Part shown: piece after piece, positions 36,349 to 50,291 of the stretch | Numbering within the stretch: the stretch's first letter is position 1 | How the letters are laid out: the number at the start of each line of letters is the position of its first letter | Assembly: GCA_030265395.1 (NCBI GenBank) | Contig: JARFYF010000056.1 | Location: 5,206,426-5,269,154, forward strand | Source: Rhina ancylostomus | Taxonomy: Eukaryota | DNA: 62,729 nucleotides | Direction of reading: 5' to 3' | The notes under the pieces: generated by a model | Databases searched by the model: none | What the model was told of the DNA's origin: nothing | The model's input: only the letters and a program-made list of their open reading frames with translations | Made by a program: the position numbers and the translations under genes

Positions 36349-36549
36349 ATAGTTCGTCTAGGGGGACGTCTCGTTCCGAGGATCAGGAGTCAAGCGCGGG
36401 AGAGAAGTCTCAGGGTCCTCGCGAATCTGAGGGAGCTGACAGGCGCACAGAAGATTCAACCAGACCTTCATTCCCCGTCACCAGCCCAACCACCACAGCT
36501 GGCCCAGTCACAACTACTGCGACCCCTCACTCAACCAGGCCAAATAAAG
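36349..36549 (+). CDS. OLFML2A: OLFML2A coding exon 6 (Ser/Thr-rich linker)
   Basis: Acceptor cactttcag|AT and donor AAAG|GTATAT; 201 nt, phase 1 to phase 1. GC/CpG-richer than its flanks. (N)SSSRGTSRSEDQESSAGEKSQ...PVTSPTTTAGPVTTTATPHSTRPNK matches the Thr-rich segment expected before the olfactomedin domain. Confidence 0.82.
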
Positions 36550-36799
36550 GTATATTCACATGGTACTATAGATACAAACAATTTAAAATGTTTACAGATC
36601 TGAATAGAGTCAGACTGGGTTCTGTTTGCCATTTTCTTTTCAACATTTCACTTTTTAATTTGTTCAATTTTTTTCATGGTGAACACATCAACTGGGGCAA
36701 GGCTAGTGTTTATTGTCCATCCCTATTTTTCCTTCAATTGAATGAAATGCTAGGCAATTTTAGAGGGTGTTTAATAGTCAATCATATGAGTAGGTCTGG

Positions 36800-37350
36800 A
36801 GTCCCAAGAGCTATGGGACCAAACAACATTCCAGATGTAGTATCTGCTCTCCAGAACAAGCTGTACATCTTGCCAACCAGTTACAGTACAATTACAACAC
36901 TGACATCTCCCAGATAATGTGGAAAATTGCCCCGGTATGTCCAGTTCACAGAAAAGCAGCTCAACACCATCTGGGACAAAGCAGTCAGCTTGATTGGCAT
37001 CACAACATCCACTCCCTGCACCACCAGTACAGAGTAGTTACAATATTACCATGTACAAAATGTACTGCTGTTACTCGCCTAGACTACTCCGAAATCCACA
37101 ACTCCTCTTCATGGGAACACCACCACCTTGGGTATCTTTCCGAATTGCACACCATTCTGATTTGGGGAAATATTGCTGATCCTTCATTGTCTCTGGATGT
37201 ACAGTAACTCCTGGAGTTCCCTCCCCTATGGGACAGTAGTAGTACCTTCACCAGAAACACTATAGTGTTTCTAGGAGGTAGCTCTCCCCGACTACTTCAA
37301 GGCACTTACAGATGGGCAATAAATGCTGGTCTTGCCAGCAAAGCCCAAAG
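36800..37350 (+). mobile_element. CR1/L2-group LINE, internally deleted
   Basis: KAMGPNNIP-like and WKIAPVCPVHRK RT-upstream motifs, then NIHSLHH; tail GATGGGCAATAAATGCTGGTCTTGCCAGC. Confidence 0.75.
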
Positions 37351-37659
37351 CCAGAAAATAAATAATAAATATGTAAGAATGGCATATTTCCTTCTCTTTT
37401 ATATTATAACAGAATTCATGATGCTTTATCAGTCAAAAGACAATGCAGATTCACTCAAATTAATCAATTCTTTGTGCCTTGATGTAACCACAGAATACTG
37501 GAAGCTTTGTTTACTATTAAAACAGATGGTTTGACTTCTTCAGTTAGGACGTCTGGAATTTAGTTTTATTCATTTATTTTCTTCCCTGCATTCCTGTACA
37601 CTGAAAGGTGCTTGGATGAGAAGGCAGGACAATGAGTGGGCAAAGAAATCAGCAGCAAG

Positions 37660-39460
37660 AATCTGTCCCTCATGCCTGCTCCATCATTCAATAAAATCAT
37701 AGTTGACCCCCACTTCACCTCCACATTCCCTCCTACGCCCTGTAACCTTTCACTCCCTTGTTTAAGGCAGAAGTAGATAGAATTTATCTATCTCTGTCTT
37801 AAAAATATTCAAAGACTGCTTCCACTGCCCTTTGAGGAAGAGAGTTCCAAAGGTTCATGAGATAAAAAAATGCACGTCATCTGTCTTAAATGGGAAAACC
37901 CTTATTTTTTAAACAGTGGCCCCAAGTTCGAGATTCTCCCACAAGAGAAAACATCTTCTCCACGTCCATCCTATCAAGACCTCATCAGAATTAAATACAT
38001 TTCAATCAAGTCCCCTCTCATCCTTCTAAACTCCAGTGGATACAAGTCTTACCTGTCCAACCCTTCCTCAATAGTCAACCTGCCCATTCCAGGTATTAGT
38101 CTAGTAAACCTTCTCTGAACTGCTTCAGACACAGCTACATCCAACCATAAATAAGGAGACTAATCTTCTTTGGCAGTCCCTCAGAACTGAGGATGGTGTA
38201 CTTCCACTCCAGTTTTGTATGTTCTGAGGTGGCTAATGAGTATATTAATAGGGGGAGCATCTGGAAAATCTGCAGGTTCAGCACTACCAATGTCCCAAAG
38301 CAGATTACTGTAGTTTGAGACGTGGTCTGCACTTATGCTGGCCTTCTGCATGCTCCCTATACACTAACTCCCTCTACAGAAGTCCCTATGGGGACGGATT
38401 CAGACGGATCTTGCTGGTCAAAGGGCGGCATTTTCAGGCGGACTACCGGAGCTCCACCTGCAAGTGGAAACTTTGCCAAACTGTGAAATGCCTCAAGGTG
38501 CTCAGTACCATCCTGAAGGTTCCTTCTCTGCCTTGAGCAGTCACAGAGCCATACAGCATGGAAACAGGCCCTTTGGTCCAACTCATCCAAGCTGACTGTG
38601 TTGTAAAGCGAGCTTAGTCCCATTTACCCGCGTTTGGCCCACAGCCCTCTAAACCTCTCCTATTCATGTATTTATCTAGATGGCTTTTAAATGTTGCTAA
38701 TGTGCTGGCCTCAACCACTTTTCCTGGCAGCTCATTCCAAATAAGCACCACCTTTTGTGTGAAGAAGCTGCCCCTGATGTCCCTTTTAATCTCTCGCCTC
38801 TTCCCTCTTGTTTTTATCTCCCCCTCCCTGGGAAAAAGACTATGTGCTTTCACCCTGTCTATGCCCCTCATGATCTTATATACCTCTTATCAGGTCACCC
38901 CTCAATCTCCTACATTCCAGGGAATAAAGTCCTAGTCTACTTAACCTCTCCTTGTAACTCAGGCCCCCAAGTCCAGGCAACATCCTGGTGAATCTTTTTT
39001 GCATTCTCTCTAGTTTAATAACATCTTTCCTATAACGGGATGACCACAACTGTGCACAATTATGGGCCGCAGGGTCCCAGAAGTCAGTGGGGATGTTGTA
39101 TTTCTTCAAAGAGGCTTGCAGCACATCCTTGATTCTTCCCTTCTGTCTACCTGGTAACCTCTTCCTATGAGAGAGTTCAAAATAGTGTCTGTTTCGGAAG
39201 CCTGGTGTTGACCTTGTGGAGAATGTGGCCTGTCCCATACTGTACACAGTACTCCAGATGTGGTCTCACCAATGCCCTATAACTGAAGCATAACCTCCCT
39301 ATTTTTGAATTCATTTCCCCTAATGATAAATGATAACATTATGTTAGCCTTCCCCATTACTTGCCATACTTGTTTGTGTACTCAGCTTTTGGTAACTGCT
39401 TCAGGATTCCCAGATCCTTCTGCCTCTGAGAGCTCTGCAACTTCTCACAATGTAGATAAT
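37660..39460 (-). mobile_element. Nested LINE cluster: CR1 host, RTE pieces (about 38160-38530 and 39060-39240) and a younger CR1 (38537-39060)
   Basis: ORF 38876-39247 fuses RTE-like ELSHRKRLPGRQKGRIKDVLQASLKKYNIPTD to CR1 AQLWSSRYRKDVIKLERMQKRFTRMLPGL...RRLRGDLI. The older CR1 resumes at about 39240. Confidence 0.8.
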
Positions 39461-39840
39461 ATGTGACACATAAATTTTCCATTAACCCATCTGCTGAGAG
39501 ATGATGCAATTAGTGTAAATGTATAGAGACATGTCTTTCTCAATGAAATAATGTATGTGCATTTTCAATGGACTTAAATTTCTGAAGCATGATTCAATGA
39601 GTTTATATTACTACTTTGCTCAATTAGCACAATAAGCAGACAAAATTCATTGGTCTTGCCCCTATTTTCACTCGCATCCCTGTTCAATAACATTGTTTAA
39701 TTTAATATTTATCATTTCCTGTCCAAGTACATTTATAATTAACAGTTTGTAGTTCAGATGTACAGGGTGCTGTTCCATCCTGCATAATGCCACACTTCTG
39801 TTATATTTCAGTGTCTGAGACTTATACTATCTTTTTTTAA

Positions 39841-40041
<201 letters not shown>

Positions 40042-40362
40042 TAACACATTTTTAAACTCACCAGAGGTGTAACAGACACATTCTGGTTATTAATAACTTG
40101 CATGTTTTGCGTCAGCTCTTAATTTGAGATAGTGCTTCTGAACTGATTACATTAGTTTGTTAACTGCTTTGTTGGAATTGTGATTCAACCATGCAGCCTA
40201 CACTTTTCTTCACATATATATTATGTATGTACTAAACTTCACACATTATTGGGCTGGCATCATTCCCACATACCCATGAAGAATGTTCTCTCCCTGTTGG
40301 TCTCCATCTAGCAGATTATTGCAAGAATATGCTTTTTAAGTGTAGATGTAATTTAGTTTTGA

Positions 40363-41019
<657 letters not shown>

Positions 41020-41324
41020 GACATTTATACAGAGACATGGCCCATCACACAGCACTTTTAATTTGACTTGTTTTGATCATTTATAAAGAATGAGAACTTG
41101 CACTTGGGCTGGTAGAGAGGTTTAAATGGTTGACAACTCTTGTCATGAATGACCTTGAGTAAATAGTAAGTTCAGAAAAGCATGATGATTTATGACTGAT
41201 TGTTCTACAATGAGCACAACGTACTGCACATAAATATTTCCCTTTTACTTCAGAACAGCACTAACTAGTATTTAGAGGCAAATGGCAGACTTACAAAGCT
41301 CCTCCCTTTATGCAGGATGTCATC

Positions 41325-41330
41325 AATAAA
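41325..41330 (+). terminator. Candidate polyadenylation signal AATAAA of OLFML2A
   Basis: Canonical hexamer about 305 nt after the stop codon. Repeat-free sequence continues to about 43050, so the 3' UTR may be longer. Confidence 0.4.
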
Positions 41331-43069
41331 AGATATTACTGAGATGAACTGCAGTTTAAACTAGCAGACTAATGCCACTTCTTCAGATATATCAAACTGG
41401 CAGGCTGCATCTTTGAAACACCACCAACAAAGTGTGTTCTAAAATTGTTCCTATAACATCCACACAAAGGATCAACCGTTTGATTTATATCTGTAGTGAC
41501 TAGTCAAGGCATATTTGATTGACCACATTTCTTGAAAACACTAATAATAGTTTATAGTAATAATAGTTATAGTTTAAAAACCAAAGGCCCCTTTACAAAT
41601 TTTAGATGCTTCAGTTGCAGAACAAGATTGGCAGTGAAAGGGATTAGCATTAATTACACGGACAACAAGATCTTACTTTGCAACAGGGTCCATGGCCAGG
41701 CTGTGTTGCGGATAATTATCTGCTACTGCCCATGCTACACCCAGCTGAGTGATTCAATTTTTCGAATTGAAACTCATTCTCCCATGAGTTTGTGTTAGTA
41801 TTACTGTGTCAAAACTTGCACTGTATGTATAAACCTTGTTTTGTAATTTGCTGGATAGTGTGAAACTAGGGCTACTCCTAAATGCTTCAAGTACTGTACT
41901 CTGTGGCCTTTTGATTAGGAAATTTACACATCGTATATCTATGTAAACAACCTGTGTAAATTACGCAAATAGACTTTGATATAAGGATTTACACAGGACA
42001 CAAAGCTGTTTCTGTACAAAGAACAGATTTTAAGTAATACAAGAAATACAAAATGTATCTTTTATTATAGCTATTTCAGAATAATTTTAACATATTTCTA
42101 GGATTCTGTCTGGTCTGAGCATTGCAGTTGGAAAGCTGGAAAGGAATAAGCATAAGCAAGACATTTTGCAGGTCAAAGTTATATTGTGTGGTCTAAAATA
42201 TCAAGTCATTGCTATAGATTTGAATGACTTAAGCTGTGGCAGTTTGCCTTAGCTATCGCTCAGGCCATTATACTCACAATCCAATATGTTATACCAGCTC
42301 CTTTTAATTCAGATTTGAAAAAAAATCAAAAGCTTGATGTGTCAGTCATTGTCTTAAAGAAATATTGTAGACCAATTGAGAACTTGTGTAATGTCTATAT
42401 ATAGTCCTCACATCATTTCTGTGTAATGTTTTTGCATTGTGTGGAGACACTATCACACTTGGTAACTCTGACAAACAGCATTTCGCTAATAATGTAATCA
42501 GAACCAGAACTCAGCTTGCAGACTTCCTCATTTACAAATGCTTGAAAAGGAACATGGCCATATTGTAATGAGTTTTATCTCATAAGAACTGAGAACGTGA
42601 TTATAAAGGTACTTTGATAAAAAAAAGATTCAAAAATCAATTTAATTTTTAGTTGGCTTGGAATTATTTACTTGATGCGGTGCAAAGTAATACATTAAAT
42701 TCAGTGATTTTATCCCACAGCTTACAGCAGGATTCCATTCCAGTGAACTGTTAGTAACCTGAACAGTTGCTAAGCGAGTTCCCAGATGGCAGAAGATGCC
42801 GGACAACCCCACCAAATCCATCCCGCCGGTCTCCCAAACACTCGCTTGTATGTTTGGGCTGTACAGAAGTTGTGTGTGCCTAAGCTGGGGAGGACCTGTA
42901 TACTGCTGATCAGGGGCAAAGTTCAGCCTACCCATAATTTATAAATGTTGTCACACAGCTGCCCCGCATGCACTGTTTGTATGAATTTCCAAATATAATT
43001 CAGATGAATCCAAACAATAAGTCATCAAATTGTTTTTAAAATTGTTGGCTTTCACAAGGATATGGGAAG

Positions 43070-43470
43070 TAGAGTCACAGAGTCACACAGCACAGAAACA
43101 GGACCTTCGACCCAAATTGTCCATGCCAACCATGATGTCCATATAAGCCAGTCCCATTTGCCTGCATTTGGCCCATATCCCTCTAATCCTTTTCTCTCCA
43201 TCTACCTAAATATCTTTTAAACATAGTAATTGTACCTGTCTCTATAGCTTCCTCTGGCAGCTCATTCCAAATACCAACCACCCTCTGTGTGAAAAATCTG
43301 CCCTTCAGATCCCTTTTTAATTCTTTCCCCTCTCACCTTAAACCTATGTCTTCTGGTTTTAGACTCCGCTACTGACCGCACACCTTATCTATGCCCCTCA
43401 TGATTTTATATACCTCTATAAGGTCACCCCTCAGCCTCCTATGCTCCAGGGAAAACAGTCCCAGTCTAAC
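43070..43470 (-). mobile_element. CR1 LINE 3' end
   Basis: RLGLFSLEHRRLRGDLIEVYKIMRGIDKV and a (GACTCT)-like tail. Confidence 0.9.
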
Positions 43471-43984
43471 ATGGATGACTTTGGTTATCTTGTGTTGAGA
43501 ATATCTGAAGCTTTCAACTGCAATCAAGCATGCATTTAAAGAATCACTGGAAAGAACATGGCACTTCAGATGTATTGTTGGAATCTTCAAAATCTATTTA
43601 TTATTAGTGGCTGCTTACTAAAGATGCATCTTCCAAGTCTCTGTTTGCAGGCACTGGTGCCTGAATGAAAGGGTGGACTTGATGCTGCCAATTTCACTCT
43701 TAAGTTGAACTTTAGGATAGATAAACAAAGCGGCTTGACTTGGTCCCTGGTTTTTCCTCCCTTCCACTGGCAAGTATCCCATTTCCGCTTGATGATGCTT
43801 GCAAATGAGATTTGGAAGTTATAGACTTTAACCATAGGCCAAACATTGCTAGTACTTCCACCTAGCTGGCCTTGACTCCGTTGATCCTGGACTTGCACTG
43901 AATCCAGCAGAATAGCTCACAAAATGATACCAACAAGGATGATAGCCGTAAGGCAATTCAACATATATTTATTCAATTTTTTGG

Positions 43985-44940
43985 ATAAGAACATCATTGG
44001 CAAGGCCAATATTTATTGTCCATCCCTAATTACTCTTGAGGAGGTGGTGGTGAGCTACCTTCTTGAACTATTGTCCTTCTGGTGAAGATGTCCCGACATA
44101 TCTGTTGTGGAGTGTGTACAGAATTTACTTTCAAGCAACATTGAAGGACCAGCAATATATTTCCAAGTCAGGCTACTGCATGACTGGGAGATGGTCCTGC
44201 AGGTGGTGATTTTTTACCATGCATCTGTTGACCCTGACCTTGCTAGTGGAGATACTGAATTTGGGAGATGTTGTCAGAATAACCTAGGTGAGTAAGTACC
44301 AATTTGCATGTGGCAGCCACAGTGTATCAGTGATGGAGGAAATGAATGTTTATGATAGTGTTTAGGGTATTGGTAAAATGACATGTTTTGTCCTGGATGG
44401 TGTGAATCTTCTTGAGTACTGTTGGAGCTGTACATCTGGGCAAATGGAGGGTATTCCATCATACATCTCACTTGTGCCTTGTAGGTCACATAAAGACATT
44501 AGGGTGGTAGGAGATGAATAACTTGATACAGAATACATAGTCTTTGATCAGTTCTTGTGGCCACAGTACTTAGGTGGTTGGTCCAGTTTAGTTTCTGGTC
44601 TGTGGTGGACCTGCAGGATGTTGATAGTGGGGGGCTCATTGATAGCAATGGTATTGAATGTCAAGGATAGACTCTCTTTTGCTGGAGATGCTGGAGGTGG
44701 TAAGTGTTTGACATTTGATGCAAATGTTACCATTTAAAAGCACATTGCTGAATGTTGTGTACTGACTTCTGTGCGGATTGCAAATTTGATATTGTGCAAT
44801 CATCTATGACCATCTCCACTTCTGACCTTATGACAGAGGGAAGATCACTGATGAAATTTATGAGGAATTTATGCAGCAATGTTCTGGAGCTGGGATGCTT
44901 CACCCCCTAAAACCATAACCATCATCCTTTGTGCAAGGTG
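43985..44940 (-). mobile_element. CR1/L2-group LINE 3' fragment
   Basis: YKAQVRCMMEYPP motif and reverse-complement tail GGCAAGGCCAATATTTATTGTCCATCCCTAA. Confidence 0.8.
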
Positions 44941-44949
44941 TAAGTTTAT

Positions 44950-46650
44950 ATCAGAAGTAAGAGGGTAGCCAGGGAAAGAGTGGGTCCACTTAATCCATGT
45001 GTATAGCTGGGCAATGTGGCTGAGCTCCGAAATGAATATTTCTTAGCTGCGTTCATCGAGGAGAAGGATGTGGAAGATAGTGAATTCAGGGAGGGGCACG
45101 TGGATAATCTGGAGCAGGTCAGTATTAAGGAGGTATTGGACGTGAAGGGACATATAAGTGCTCAGGGCCAAATGGAAGCTACTCCAGGTTGTTATGGGAA
45201 GGAGGGGAGGAAATAGCTGGGCTCTAATGGAGATTTTTACATCTTCATTAGCCAGAGGTGAGATCCAGAAGATCAGTGGATAGCTAATGTTGTTCCTTTA
45301 TTAAAGAAGGGCAGCAGGGATAAGCTAGGTAGCTACAAGCCAGTGAACCTTATGTTAGTGGTAGGGAAATTATTGGAGAAAATTCTCAGGGATAAGATTT
45401 ATGTACATTTGGAAAGGCAGGGGCTGATCAGGGATAGTCAATATGGCTTTGATCAAGGGGAATCCCGTCTCACTAATTTGATTTAGTTTTTTGAGAAGGT
45501 AACTAAGAAGATTGGTGAAGATAAGGCAGGATATGTTATCTATATGAACGTTAGTTAGGTATTTGACAAGGTCCTGCATGGTAGGCTGTTCATGAATGTT
45601 ATGGCACATGGGATCCAAGGCGTGCTGGGTAATTGGATCCAAGTTGGCTTGGTAATAGGAGGCTTGATGGTGGAAGGTTTCTTTTCTGACTGGAAATCTG
45701 TGACCAGTAGTGTACCCACAGGGATCAGTGATGGGGCCATTATTTGCGATTTATTCTAACAACTTGGATGTGAAGGTAGGAGGAATGATTAGTAAGCTTG
45801 TGAATAACATGAAAGTTGATGGTATTTTGGATAGGAAGGAAGGTTATCTAAGGCTACAGAAGGATATAGATCCGATGGAGAGTTGGGTGGAGTATTGGCA
45901 GGTGGAATTTAATTCTGACAAATATAAGATGATGCATTTTGGAAAGTCAAACAAGGTTTGGGCATATACAGGCATGGTAGTGTAGCGGTTAGCGTAACGC
46001 TTTACAACACCAGCGACCCAGGATCAATTCAGGCTGCTATCTGTAAGGAGTTTGTACGATCTCTCCATGTCTGCGTGGGTTTCCTCCGGGTGCTCCGGTT
46101 TCCTCCCACATTCCAAAGACGTACGGGTTAGGAAGTTGTGGGCGTGCTGTGTTGGTGCTGGAAGCGTGGCGACACTTGCGGGCTGCCCCCAGAGCACTCT
46201 ACACAAAAGGTGCATTTCACAGTGTGTTTCGATGTACATGGGACTAATAAAGAGATCTTATATCTTATAAGTGGCAGAGTACTAAGGAACATTGATAAAC
46301 AGAGGGACCTTGAGGTTAAGTCCATAGTTTCTGGTAAGTGGCAACACAGGTAGATAGGATGGTGAAGAAGGCTGATGGCATGCTTGCCCTCGTAGGTCAG
46401 GGGTGAGAATATAAAAGTTACGTTGCAACTTCACAAAACACTGATTAGGCTGCATTTGGAGTATCATGTACAGTTCTGATTGCCACACAATGGGAAGGAT
46501 GAGGTTGTGCAGAGAGTGCAGTCGAGATTCATCAGCATGTTGCCTAGTTTAGAGGACTTTGGTTATGGGGAGGGATTGAATAGGCTGGGCTATCCGTAGA
46601 GTGCAGGAGACTGAGGGGTGACCTGATAGAGGTATTTAAAATGATAAGAA
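44950..46650 (+). mobile_element. CR1 LINE ORF2 (RT) fragment, degenerate, with an inserted SINE
   Basis: ANVVPLLKKG, SQYGFDQGESRLTNL, SVPQGSVMGPLF, LQKDID and QVEFNSDKYKMMHFGKSN motifs with frameshifts. Confidence 0.9.
45971..46268 (+). mobile_element. SINE with tail type A, full length
   Basis: Head GGCATGGTAGTGTAGCGGTTAGCG; CpG-retaining body; tail AATAAAGAGATCTTATATCTTA; interrupts the CR1. Confidence 0.9.
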
Positions 46651-47094
46651 GCCAATTTTCTACATTTTGAGATAAATGCAGCTATTGTAATGGAACTGGG
46701 CTCGAGGAGTGGCTGGTTCTGGAGCACAGGACTTCAGTACAACGGGCAGGATTTTGCCTGGTCCCATAGCCTTTGCTGCTTCTAGTGCTCTCAGCATTTC
46801 TTGGTTTCACCTGGAGTGAATCCAATTGGCTAAGGACTGCCTTCCATCTTGGTGGAAGCTACGATGGATCCACTCAGCATCTCTGAATGAAGATGGCTGT
46901 AAATGTTTCAGCCTTGTCTTTGGTACTCACATACTGCACCCCTTCATTATTGAGGAGGGGAATGTTCTTGTAGTCTCCTTTTTTCATTAGCTGCTCAATT
47001 GTCCACTGCCATTCACAACTAACTCAAGACGTGACAGGTTTAAAATTATTTCACAATTATTACATAAGTTAGATCCCACAACAACGTCATTAGG

Positions 47095-47200
47095 AAATAA
47101 AAACTGGAAATGCTAGAAACACTCAACACATCAGGCAGCATCTGCGGAGAGAGAAACAGAGTTAATGTATGAGATCGATGAAGTTTCCTCATTCAGAAGG
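47095..47200 (-). mobile_element. Old Penelope-like terminal fragment
   Basis: ATGCTAGAAACACTCAAC...TCAGGCAGCATCTGCGGAGAGAGAAACAGAGTTAA. Confidence 0.65.
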
Positions 47201-48327
47201 TTCCAAAGTGGGGAGTGCACCAGCTCCGATCGTGACCTAAGCTGATTCAGTACTGACTGTGCTGGTCTGGTGTAGGAATCCTTCATCCAAGGCAAGAAAA
47301 TAGATCCGATGCTGAGTGACAACTGCCAAATCAATAGATACCATAAACTGACCTACATCAATAGTTTGCAGGTCTCTCTGGAATAGCAGAGAGGAAGTGG
47401 TAAAAATAAGCGACCAGACAGCCACTGCACTGTCACACCATGACTAAAAACCTGAAATCTCTAGGGAACTTCCTCACAACAACAGGGTCACTGAGCATGA
47501 CACAAGTGAAGAGCTATGGCAGGTGTGACTTGGAGATCTTGGCACTGGAGTAAACATGGGTATCAGGGCATCTGAGCCACATTCTGCAGGATCATCAGGA
47601 AGGACCTGAACAGCTGCACCCAAGTCAAAAGAAGAGACCCAAGTTTAAGCAGACGCCAGATAATTAGCATGGAGTCAGTGGGACCCTAAAGGCATCATGA
47701 CATTTGATTACAGGAGCCAGTGGAAAATCCAGCATTCATGCTGAGTGCTAGCTATCCTTGAGATGGATAGTGAGCTTTTTCCCTGAACCTCTGTAATCTG
47801 TTAAGTGAGGCATTTCAGGATTTTGACTTGGAGGCCATTAATGAAGACTGGCTAGTTTGAGTTGAAGGGGAACCAGGAGATGTCTATGTTCTCATGCACG
47901 CTCTAAGCGTGCTTCCCAAGGTCTGGAAGTCATGGGTTTGTGAACTACTGTCAAGGAAGCCTTAGAAACATTCTGCAATGCCTCCTATTGCCGATACATG
48001 CTGCAGCAACAGTAATTAGAACAGTGAAAACTGACATCTGATCATTTAGGAAAAGTTGGGTTTTGAAAGTGCTACTGACTAACACCATGGAATATAATGG
48101 GCCATGCTTAACTTACCCTGCAGGATCCATTGTACTGGAGACCTCCACTCCACAGCCTTCCCATGAAGTGGACTGGGCCGGGAAGGATGACCAGGTCTCA
48201 AGTACACTGATGGTCTTTGACAGCTCATTGCTGTTAAAGGCTTCTTTCGCTATTTAAATGTCTCTAAATATTTAGACACATTTAAAATGTTTAGGTACTT
48301 CTTAAAAATTAATTGAAAGTAATACAA

Positions 48328-48463
48328 TAAGACCTCTTTATTAGTCACATGTACATCAAAACACACAGTAAAATGCACCTTTTGTGTAGAGTGTTCTGGG
48401 GGCAGCCCACAAGTGTCGCCACACTTCCGACGCCAACATAGCACGCCCACAACTTCCTAACCC
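48328..48463 (-). mobile_element. SINE type A 3' half, repeated across a gap at 48595-48672
   Basis: Reverse complement of the 46125-46260 region. Confidence 0.85.
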
Positions 48464-49199
48464 ATATGTAATGAAATTAAAATATATTAATCTANNNNNN
48501 NNNNNNNNNNNNNNNNNNNNNNNNNNNNNNNNNNNNNNNNNNNNNNNNNNNNNNNNNNNNNNNNNNNNNNNNNNNNNNNNNNNNNNNNNNNNNNTAGAGT
48601 GTTCTGGGGGCAGCCCACAAGTGTCGCCACACTTCCGGCGCCAACATAGCACGCCCACAACTTCCTAACCCATATGTAATGAAATTAAAATATATTAATC
48701 TAGTGTACATTAATTAAAAACATAAAAATAAAGTGAAATAAGGAAATAAAATATAAAAACTTCACGTCTTTTAAAGAAGGCCAGTGACCCCATTTAATTG
48801 AATGGGCTGGCATTAAGTTGAGTGGCCAGATGTGAAGTGCACCTGACCCTTCGACTCATTACGTTCTGGAATCACCACTGGGTTCAGGGCTGTCCAGCAG
48901 TGGATGGGAGGTCAGATATCTTTGCTCCATTTCAAAATACATCCAATTTGCTCAGGGGCTTTGGTGGTGGAAACAATGGTATAGTTTGGATAGGTCTTTA
49001 AATTTGCTACCATAATGACTCTATTATCACAGGCATACTGTCAGGAAGAGATGATTCTTGCGATCATTAGGGAAAAGTGCTAGCTTAATCTGGCATAACG
49101 ACATTTTTAATGTACATCAAGTAAAAACAAGACTCAAAGTTCAAAAGTTAAAAATTAATTTCTCTGAGTGACGCCATTTTATTTTGTGTCATCATCCAA

Positions 49200-49213
49200 C
49201 CACTAGAGGGAGT
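49200..49213 (+). promoter_or_regulatory. CTCF-like motif downstream of the gene
   Basis: CCACTAGAGGGAGT matches 12 of 14 consensus positions and lies in unique sequence. Confidence 0.45.
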
Positions 49214-50024
49214 TTAACAATTAAACTCACAACAACCATTAAAGTCTCTTAAATCACAGAATTCCACACAAAACCATTAACTTTCAGGTTCTGGGGTCCA
49301 TCCAGTATCTGAAGAGGGTTGATTTTGGAGGCTATCTTCTCTGCATGATAAAATGCAAGATGTAGCAGAACGGAAGGACCAGAAATTAACTTAAATTCAA
49401 ATGTGAACTTTTTCCATCTAGAGTGCAGTCAGTTACAATGTTGGCATTAAATAATGAGGCAAGTGAGAAGTCCTTTGAACAATTCAATTATTCCATTAAA
49501 TATATAAAGGGCTTTTGTATCCCTGATGCTAAACACTGTTATTTTATATTCTAAAGATGGGATTTTTATATAACTTGCCTAAGTTTGATGGATGCAGTTG
49601 AAATTTCTTGTTAGAGGATCTTATGATGTTATCCTACAATATATTGAATATAGTTCCAGAAGGTTTTCCTTTTTCATATATTTAGTGCTAATTTTCATTA
49701 ACGTGTTGAAACTCGATGGCAGGACGGTCTGGAGTTACCGGTCCCAATGAATTTATGTCCCTGAATGCATCCCCTCTGATAGCAAAATGAAACAAGGGAA
49801 ATACCTTAGCTCTATCACTTCAATAATTGTATTGGAGACACAGTGAAGGATGGTACCTAGACGGTCTTGGACAGCTGGATTCAAGTAGTTTTTCTCTTTC
49901 TCTTTAAGGTGTTGCCATCCCATATATTCATACTGATTGCATGCTTAAATAAATCAATACAATAATTGTCTGTTTTGCCAACAAGCAGTTATTGTCACAA
50001 GGGTCACATGCACTAGGTAGACAG

Positions 50025-50107
50025 AGGAGAAACAAAGGACTGCAGATGCTGGACTATCTAGATGAAAAACATTATGAGGCTGGAGGAACTCAGCAGGCCA
50101 GGCAGCA
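50025..50107 (-). mobile_element. Penelope-like terminal fragment
   Basis: GGACTGCAGATGCTGGA...GCTGGAGGAACTCAGCAGGCCAGGCAGCA. Confidence 0.7.
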
Positions 50108-50291
50108 GAATTTGCCCATCAGAAACTTATTCCACAGAGCCACCTTCTGCTCAGAACCTGCAGCTACACATTGATGTTCAGCATGGCCAACTAAATAGAT
50201 AATGTTGACACAGCACTTTACAATGGTTAAATATTGATGCAGGATCATAATGAAAATTGTGACAACTGGAAGCAACGAATAATTTTAAATC

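Noticed and set aside
48387-48702. Direct repeat of about 105 bp flanking a 100-N gap
   Set aside because: Near-identical sequence on both sides of a fixed-size gap is typical of unmerged contig overlap.
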